From Candidatus Saccharimonadota bacterium (GTDB lineage: Bacteria; Bacteroidota; Bacteroidia; Cytophagales; Amoebophilaceae), in the NCBI RefSeq assembly GCF_003351905.1, contig NZ_CP022339.1, positions 450,001 to 482,000 of the forward strand: 32,000 bases of DNA. The letters are read 5' to 3'. Position numbers and translations under genes: made by a program. Positions 25,772-32,000 of this stretch are shown here, piece by piece. Under the pieces are notes generated by a model. It made no database searches. It was not told where the DNA came from and was given only the letters and a program-made list of their open reading frames with translations. Within the stretch, counting starts at the first letter, position 1. Each line of letters opens with the position of its first letter.

Positions 25772-27202
25772 ATGATCTGCTTGCATCTTCCTTTTGTAAT
25801 CGTGGGGGCTTTTTTGGTGTTAACCCTAGTGGTGGGGATTGCTTTTAGTAGGCAGGATACTACCTTCCGGGAATATGCAGTAGGGCATAAACAATTTGCA
25901 ACGGCTACTTTGGTGGCTACGGTACTGGCTACCTATTATAGTGGAGGAGGGTTGATACGCAATGTGCAGTATAGTTATAAATCGGGTCTTTACTGGATTA
26001 TACTTGCTCTATTTATAAATAGTTTTAGTAGATGGATTCTTAGTCGGTTGATGGTATGTATGCGGCCATTTATGCATAACCTCTCTATTGCCGAGACGAT
26101 GGGTAATGTATATGGTAGATATCCAAGGATGATTACAGCATTGGTGGCTGTTGGTAGGTCTATTGTGTGCATTACTATGCAGATTATTGCCATGGTGCAC
26201 GCGGTTAGCATTTGTGTAGCGTTAGATGGTTTTAGCGCGCGTATGGTAACCATTTGTGCGGCCTTGATTCTTATTTCCTATTCTGTTTTTGGGGGCATTC
26301 GTGCCGTTACTATTACAGATATCCTACAGTTTATAACCTTTACCCTTATTATTCCATTTTTGGCTTGGCTGATGTTTAGGCAAACAGGTAAGTCTATGGT
26401 GGACATCGTTGCTTTTTTAGGAACACAAGAACGCTTTCAACTGAGTAGTCTATGCCATTTTGATACGAAACGTTTGGATATGGTTGCAATGGCACTATGT
26501 GTGCTCGTGCCTGATCTAGGGGCGCCTGAAATTATGCAAAGGGTCTATATGGCTGCTGATCCTCATCAAGCAAAAACAACCTTTTTATATGTCAGTTTGT
26601 TTAGTTTTTTGATTACTGGTTTTATACTGCTCATTGGCTTATTTATTTTTGTAGGTGGGGGAGGCGCGTTACAAAGCACAGATGTTTGGTATTATGTAAC
26701 TACACATGTGCCACCCCTTTTTAAGGGGGCGTTTTGTATCAGTTTACTCGCTATGGCTATGTCTACAGCCGATTCTTGCTTAAACGCTTGTGCTGTTATC
26801 GTTAGCCATGACATTTGGGCACCTCTACAAAAGCCACAAACAATGGATGATTTGCGTAAGCTTAAAATAGCTAGATGGGCGACCCTAATTATAGGCCTAT
26901 CCAGTATGTTTTTGGCTTTTTATTGCCAGGATCTATTCGCGCTGCTCATGCTCGGTTTTGCTTTTTCGCTTCCAGTCATAACTGCTCCCGCTTTGTTAGC
27001 TATTTTGGGCTTTAGGGGTACATCGCGTACAGCTTTAATAGGTATGGCCACGGGCGCAATGGCTATGGTAGTTTGGAATAAATGGGTACAGGCTAAAACA
27101 GGTATAGATGGTACCTTTGTGTGTATGTTAGCCAATGGCCTAGCCATGATGGCTGCGCATTATCTATTCAAGCAGCCGGAAGGTGCAGGTTGGAGTCGAT
27201 AA
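25772..27202 (+). CDS. sodium:solute symporter (SSS/SLC5) family membrane protein, stand-alone
   Basis: About 12-13 hydrophobic helices. SSS-like segments FGGIRAVTITDILQF and ISLLAMAMSTADSCLNA. Ends right after the last SSS helix (AAHYLFKQPEGAGWSR*). Confidence 0.75.
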   Translation: MICLHLPFVIVGAFLVLTLVVGIAFSRQDTTFREYAVGHKQFATATLVATVLATYYSGGGLIRNVQYSYKSGLYWIILALFINSFSRWILSRLMVCMRPFMHNLSIAETMGNVYGRYPRMITALVAVGRSIVCITMQIIAMVHAVSICVALDGFSARMVTICAALILISYSVFGGIRAVTITDILQFITFTLIIPFLAWLMFRQTGKSMVDIVAFLGTQERFQLSSLCHFDTKRLDMVAMALCVLVPDLGAPEIMQRVYMAADPHQAKTTFLYVSLFSFLITGFILLIGLFIFVGGGGALQSTDVWYYVTTHVPPLFKGAFCISLLAMAMSTADSCLNACAVIVSHDIWAPLQKPQTMDDLRKLKIARWATLIIGLSSMFLAFYCQDLFALLMLGFAFSLPVITAPALLAILGFRGTSRTALIGMATGAMAMVVWNKWVQAKTGIDGTFVCMLANGLAMMAAHYLFKQPEGAGWSR

Positions 27203-27252
27203 GGGATCTATACAAATAGCGTACTAGCTATAACGCTACACTGCCCATTTGT

Positions 27253-30000
27253 ATGCTGCTTGATGGATGCATAAGGTGGTTTGCACTTCCCCCTTGTTTG
27301 ATTTTTAGTGGGAAATCCTTACCATGTTTTAAAGGTATTGTTGCTATTAGTTTACTAGCAATGGCTATGTCAACAGCCGATTCTGAATTGAATTCGTGTT
27401 CTATTATGGTGAGCCATGATATGTTGGAAAGTATACGAGGTGTAAAAGCAGATCCTTATCGGCATCAACTTCTTCTAGCTAAGTTAACAACACTAGTAGT
27501 TGGCCTATTGGCTATGATCGTAGCTTTTTGTTGTAAGGACCTGTTGAAATTAATGTTTTGGACACTAGATCTAGACGTTATAGTAGTTGCCCCATTTATT
27601 TTAATTGTTTTTGGTTTCCGTGGCACTTCTCGTACTGCTTTATTAGGGATGGCTACAGGTGCGTTAGCTATTTTATCTTGGAATAAGTGGGTTAAGTCTA
27701 TAATAGAGGTAAATGGTGCTTTTATTTGTATGCTGATCAATATACTAGCTATGCTGGCTGCTCATTATCTATTCAAGCAGCCGAAAGGTACCGGTTGGGT
27801 TAAGCCAGATAATGATTTTCTACAAATTCAACAAGAAAATAGCCGTAAAAAGGCAGAACGCAAAGAAAGGATTAAAAATGCTTGGATCAATAGAAAAGAT
27901 ACTTTAGTTAAGCTAATACCGAGTCATGCGGTGCTAATATTTATAGGATTTTATGTTATCATCAGTAATTTTATGACTTATTGTATAACCCATATCATGG
28001 ATCACAATTACTGGCTGATACTCCAATTCTTAGTAGGTTTTTGTTTTTTAGGATATGGGACATTTTTCTCAGCAAAGATTCAACCTATTCCAGGTTGGGT
28101 GGTTGGTCTATTTTTTATCATAGGCCTAGCTTTTTGCCTGCCTATCAATGTACTTTGGCACTGGTGGCACCGCACTAATCTTTTCTTAACCTTAGGTCTA
28201 TCCCTAACGCATTTGTTGGTAACCTTGTTGGTACTACCTTTATATCTTGGTGTAAGTTTTTTAATGGCCACTCTGTTAATCGCCACATTCCTTAGTTCAA
28301 TCTATTGTACAAATCCATTCGTTCTAGTGCTATCGTCATCAACTATTGCATTGCTATTGTTACTTTGTTTGGGCTTAGGCTTACTTATTTTTGGCATCTT
28401 TGTCTACCTAAAAGCCAAAACGCAGCGTTCCTATGACCAAATAACTTACCTAAAACGTAGAGAGGAGCTTAAAGAAGCACGCAAGTTAAAATCATGCCTA
28501 TATAACGCATCGCTGGTTCCATCTAATAGTGATACTTCCTCTAGTTCTAAAGGTTATGGATTTATTTTAAACCAGGTAGTTGGTAAGATTGAGGAATCTA
28601 TCTCCTTCTTAGATAGTAATGTTCCCCTTTACAAGCAAGACTTCCAAAGTATTATCAATAAATTTTACGATTGGATTACCTATTTTAATAGAAAAGAAAG
28701 ATATAAAAATCATGCCCTACTGCAGCCTACTAAAATTACCTTCGATAGGCTGATTCGTAAGGTGGAAGTGGCATTATCCCAAGAAGTAGATGATCCACCT
28801 AGAATATTGGTAGAAAAAATAAACGATTCTAATGGAACCCTATCTGCCTATATTGTATGCGATATGAATCAAATCGTCTATCTACTTGCTCAGGCTATTC
28901 TACGCGTTGGTAATCTAGAGCACGCTAGTACAAAAATTGTTCGTATCCAACTACATGCTACTTCTTTGCAATTTGCACAAGCTGATCCTATTGATAACAG
29001 TTATCCTACTTGTATGGATTTTTTAGCTACTGGTTTGGTTATAAGTCACTCTGCTGCTTCTGCTCAGTACCTTCCTAAGGTCAAGGAGGTCTATTATGAT
29101 TTAATAGATGGTATGTGTACGCGAGGTCAACAGGAAGCGCCTCCATCAATAGATCTTCAGATGCAAACTATATCCACTATTATTGGGGCACACTATGGAT
29201 ATTTGGAAGCTTCTACTGATCGTAAGCAACTCAGTATACTACTGGTACTGCCTAATGATGTCACAGCCATTCGTGATAAGATGACTGCTAAACTGCCTAT
29301 AGATGCCTTAACCTCAGAATCTCCTGTTACGCCTAAAGAACAAGCCGATTCAATGATGGTATTAATGAAATTCCATGACTATGTCTGTAAAACTTCTTAT
29401 CAAAAAGACGCTATTGATATAAAGACCATTTCTAGTTTGCTTTTATTATTGCACCAACATTTTGGCTTTAAACGGCATGCTTCAGGCCAATTGTTTTATG
29501 TACGTTCGGTGGGGATCGCTGAATACGTGGTAGAATGGGCTTTTCATTCTCCTAAGGTGATTTATGCCGCTTTGCTCTATGAATTGGTACGTTATACCTG
29601 TTTACCGCTTTCTTATATTAAAGCACATTATAATTTAGGGGTTTATGCTTTTGTATTGAATGTGGTTGGTATAGATAAACGGCAAGCCTTAGATCATCCT
29701 TCCTTATTGTATGTACAGAATCGTTTGAAGGAGGCAATCAAGGAAGATCATGTGCAGCTCTCTGTTCTTTTTATTAAATTGGCCGAACGGCTCTATGACC
29801 TGCGTCATGCCTCAGGCTATATACATCTATCAGAAGTAGTGCATATGGCCCAAGAGACCTTAGCCATAGATGTGCAAATAGCCAATACCTACTTGGGTCC
29901 AGAGATCGGATTGGCACTAGCGCAAGCTGCTAAACAGGCACTAGCGGAGTATAAACGTAAAGAGAAAACGCAACATAAACAAAAGGATCAAGATAGATAG
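27253..30000 (+). CDS. multidomain membrane protein: SSS C-terminal fragment + ~6 extra TM helices + degenerate histidine-kinase-like module + degenerate SpoT/RelA-type HD domain
   Basis: Residues 26-181 parallel residues 317-475 of the preceding SSS protein. C-terminal ...VIYAALLYELVRYT...IKLAERLYDLRHA aligns to the SpoT HD fold but lacks the His, HD and ED residues. The start codon is uncertain. Confidence 0.7.
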   Translation: MLLDGCIRWFALPPCLIFSGKSLPCFKGIVAISLLAMAMSTADSELNSCSIMVSHDMLESIRGVKADPYRHQLLLAKLTTLVVGLLAMIVAFCCKDLLKLMFWTLDLDVIVVAPFILIVFGFRGTSRTALLGMATGALAILSWNKWVKSIIEVNGAFICMLINILAMLAAHYLFKQPKGTGWVKPDNDFLQIQQENSRKKAERKERIKNAWINRKDTLVKLIPSHAVLIFIGFYVIISNFMTYCITHIMDHNYWLILQFLVGFCFLGYGTFFSAKIQPIPGWVVGLFFIIGLAFCLPINVLWHWWHRTNLFLTLGLSLTHLLVTLLVLPLYLGVSFLMATLLIATFLSSIYCTNPFVLVLSSSTIALLLLLCLGLGLLIFGIFVYLKAKTQRSYDQITYLKRREELKEARKLKSCLYNASLVPSNSDTSSSSKGYGFILNQVVGKIEESISFLDSNVPLYKQDFQSIINKFYDWITYFNRKERYKNHALLQPTKITFDRLIRKVEVALSQEVDDPPRILVEKINDSNGTLSAYIVCDMNQIVYLLAQAILRVGNLEHASTKIVRIQLHATSLQFAQADPIDNSYPTCMDFLATGLVISHSAASAQYLPKVKEVYYDLIDGMCTRGQQEAPPSIDLQMQTISTIIGAHYGYLEASTDRKQLSILLVLPNDVTAIRDKMTAKLPIDALTSESPVTPKEQADSMMVLMKFHDYVCKTSYQKDAIDIKTISSLLLLLHQHFGFKRHASGQLFYVRSVGIAEYVVEWAFHSPKVIYAALLYELVRYTCLPLSYIKAHYNLGVYAFVLNVVGIDKRQALDHPSLLYVQNRLKEAIKEDHVQLSVLFIKLAERLYDLRHASGYIHLSEVVHMAQETLAIDVQIANTYLGPEIGLALAQAAKQALAEYKRKEKTQHKQKDQDR

Positions 30001-30003
30001 CCC

Positions 30004-30088
30004 ATTTTGTAGGGATTGATTTTTGGTTACTTCCTTATCAAGGAAAAAGTAGAAATAAAAATGCCTTACGAAGCAATGGCGTGAATAG
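30004..30088 (+). repeat. partial third copy (3' ~85 bp) of the structured repeat
   Basis: GGGATTGATTTTTGGTTACTTCCTTATCAAGGAAAAAGTAGAAATAAAAATGCCTTAC... is about 80% identical by hand alignment to the 3' end of copy A (reverse complement of ~2690-2775). It starts 4 nt after the stop at 30000. Confidence 0.65.
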
Positions 30089-30273
30089 ATAGCTATTTGT
30101 TACTGTTTCGATACACCTGGTTCTAATGATTCCGTTCTCTTTCCAAGCCTATTGCTCGGCTATATGGAGTGAGGTACAATTTCATTGTTAACCAGTTACT
30201 CTCTTCTTAGCTAAATTCCATTTGTAGCTTGCTTTATCTATTTCCAATAGGTATCTCGTCCACTGTGTTGCTT

Positions 30274-32000
30274 CTATTTAGGTGGAGACAAGATTTGCTG
30301 ACAAAGCGCTTCCATTTCCGGTATCCAGTTCACCATATTGTTTTGTTTAGCCCAAGGGATATAAAATGTTACCGTTTCCTGCGCAACTTTTAGTTGAGCT
30401 GTGTATTTACGTGCAGATAAAGTTCTTAGGTTATGCAACCTATCCGCTAATTTGATTTGCATCACACGGATATCCTTACATTGATGTAATGCCAGATGCC
30501 TTTCCGATCGATCTAGTTTCCGTCGATAACCCTGTGTGGTGTAATGCGTCACCATACCCACGATATGAGCTATTTCTGATCCATATAATAGTTCTATTTG
30601 ATCTAGGGTAACAGCTGTATCCTCTACGGTGTCGTGCAATAAGGCCGCTAAAAGCGTTGTGGGGTTTTGGGTCACCTCTAAGGTAAGTTTCGTGACGGCC
30701 ATCGGATGCGTGTAATAAGGATCACCTGATTGACGAGTAGCTATCCCATGGGCTTGCTTGATAAAAGCAAGCGTTTGCTCTATTTTTTCTTGTGTTAATG
30801 TGGTTTCTTTCACCAACAAATGGATTAGTTCCTTTTCTTGCGCTAGGCTTTCAACTGTTTCTGCTACTTCTTGGAATAAGTCTTCCATGTGGTGCCTTTT
30901 TAAGCGCATGACTTTTTTACCACATAAAGGTAATACATAAAGGAAAGTCAAGTTTTCTGCTGTCTCTGTTATTGCTGTATATCCGCCATGGGCTTGTATT
31001 ATTTGCCTGCTTTCTACTTGATACAAACTATGTGTCTCTTTAGGTAAATAAGCTGCAATCACTTCATCGGTCATTACATAAGTAGGTAGCAGATTGGGCG
31101 TAGCTGTATCTGTAGAAATACAAAAAGCCAGTGCAGGGAGTAGGGGAGGGCTGAGTGGTTTGATGTTGTCTATAGCTAACTGGTTATCTTTATGGGCATG
31201 GTACGCCAATAAGGTATCTGCTATCGTTAGGGTAATGATATGGTTTGTCGCCTGTTTGCTTTGGCAAATTTCCCAAAAATTTATAGTGAAACATCGCTCA
31301 ATAAGCGCAGATGCGGCTAATATATGGGTCGCTTTAGTTTGTTTTCTTACTAGTAATTGAAGCGGTTTGGATAGGTCACGAACCGTTTCATACGCTTTAA
31401 AGATCGCTGCGTCGATATCTACTTGTTGTAAAGATTGGGGATCCAAAGTCAGCGTGCGTTCTTCTTTCGCTCTCTGTAATAAGATGCGGCTCAAGGCGTA
31501 GAGCTTCTGTTTTTGTGCATCTACACATTCAATATCAGGCTCTAGTGTATCAGCTATTTCTTGTAGTATTTTGCCATTATAGGTAGGATCTAAACGATTC
31601 CAGTTGGCTTGGTTATGCATGGATGTTAAGATAATACTCCTTTCGTAGTTTCTGGTTAGTTCAATAATTTGACATTTTAGTTGGATTTTGCGTCTTGCAT
31701 AGTGATAGGTTAGACAACTGATCAGGGAAACGCATGTGATGGTTACGGCGCTTACCCATTCTAGTGTAGTAACTGCTCTATCTAACCAGATGACCTGAAG
31801 CGGTAAACCAGCTATCATCCACCTATTGATAGCCAGTACTATCGCCAACATCATAAGCACTATAGGTAAGGGCAGTAATAGGCTACTTAAAGCAATATTG
31901 GCGATGATGAGTGCACAGGATATAGGGGCAAAATGACTGAGTGTAGCAAATGTAAAAGCTGAAACAAATAAAACTATATAAAGTAAGATAGGCCATAGTC
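30274..32000 (-). CDS. membrane protein with degenerate histidine-kinase-like module and intact SpoT-type HD ((p)ppGpp-hydrolase-like) domain, 5'-partial
   Basis: GDPYYTHPMAVT...LLAALLHDTVEDT...IKLADRLHNLRTL matches the SpoT/RelA hydrolase domain. The frame stays open, with no stop, from 31860 to the window edge and encodes further TM helices, so the N-terminus lies outside the window. Confidence 0.8.
   Translation of the reverse strand, partial: LWPILLYIVLFVSAFTFATLSHFAPISCALIIANIALSSLLLPLPIVLMMLAIVLAINRWMIAGLPLQVIWLDRAVTTLEWVSAVTITCVSLISCLTYHYARRKIQLKCQIIELTRNYERSIILTSMHNQANWNRLDPTYNGKILQEIADTLEPDIECVDAQKQKLYALSRILLQRAKEERTLTLDPQSLQQVDIDAAIFKAYETVRDLSKPLQLLVRKQTKATHILAASALIERCFTINFWEICQSKQATNHIITLTIADTLLAYHAHKDNQLAIDNIKPLSPPLLPALAFCISTDTATPNLLPTYVMTDEVIAAYLPKETHSLYQVESRQIIQAHGGYTAITETAENLTFLYVLPLCGKKVMRLKRHHMEDLFQEVAETVESLAQEKELIHLLVKETTLTQEKIEQTLAFIKQAHGIATRQSGDPYYTHPMAVTKLTLEVTQNPTTLLAALLHDTVEDTAVTLDQIELLYGSEIAHIVGMVTHYTTQGYRRKLDRSERHLALHQCKDIRVMQIKLADRLHNLRTLSARKYTAQLKVAQETVTFYIPWAKQNNMVNWIPEMEALCQQILSPPK

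Noticed and set aside
25772-30000. A single SSS-sensor gene split by a simple frameshift or nonsense mutation
   Set aside because: The same SSS C-terminal segment is present in both ORFs (26720-27196 and 27328-27796). The structure therefore requires a duplication plus deletion, not a point disruption.

Overview
AT-rich bacterial chromosome segment, about 28 genes. Bacteroidota hallmarks are present: a Bacteroidota-type FtsL, many LxxC lipoproteins, a TAnnTTTG-type promoter box and an ankyrin-repeat protein. The best guess (inference only) is an intracellular symbiont of the Amoebophilus/Cardinium type. The housekeeping core is two gene strings: recG, M32 carboxypeptidase, lipoprotein alpha/beta-hydrolase, ftsL, ftsI, murE (8.1-17.0 kb, almost no intergenic space), and rnhA, tRNA-Ala(GGC), glyQS, lpxH, mreB. 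Accessory regions: (i) 2.7-7.7 kb holds fast-evolving lipoprotein genes, one with ankyrin repeats. They share a conserved signal-peptide module, and the first two are bracketed by inverted copies of a ~200-bp structured repeat. A ~0.6-kb G-depleted non-coding tract follows. (ii) 17.0-19.7 kb holds an orphan gene and an Rpn/YhgA-like nuclease that interrupt the dcw cluster after murE. (iii) 25.8-32.0 kb holds a sodium:solute symporter (SSS) gene, then a gene beginning with a duplicated SSS C-terminal third fused to extra TM helices, a degenerate histidine-kinase-like module and a SpoT-type HD domain with its catalytic residues replaced. A convergent paralog has an intact SpoT-type HD domain. 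This membrane-anchored, synthetase-less SpoT-HD family is the most unusual system candidate in the window. No CRISPR array, rRNA or classical IS element with terminal repeats was seen.
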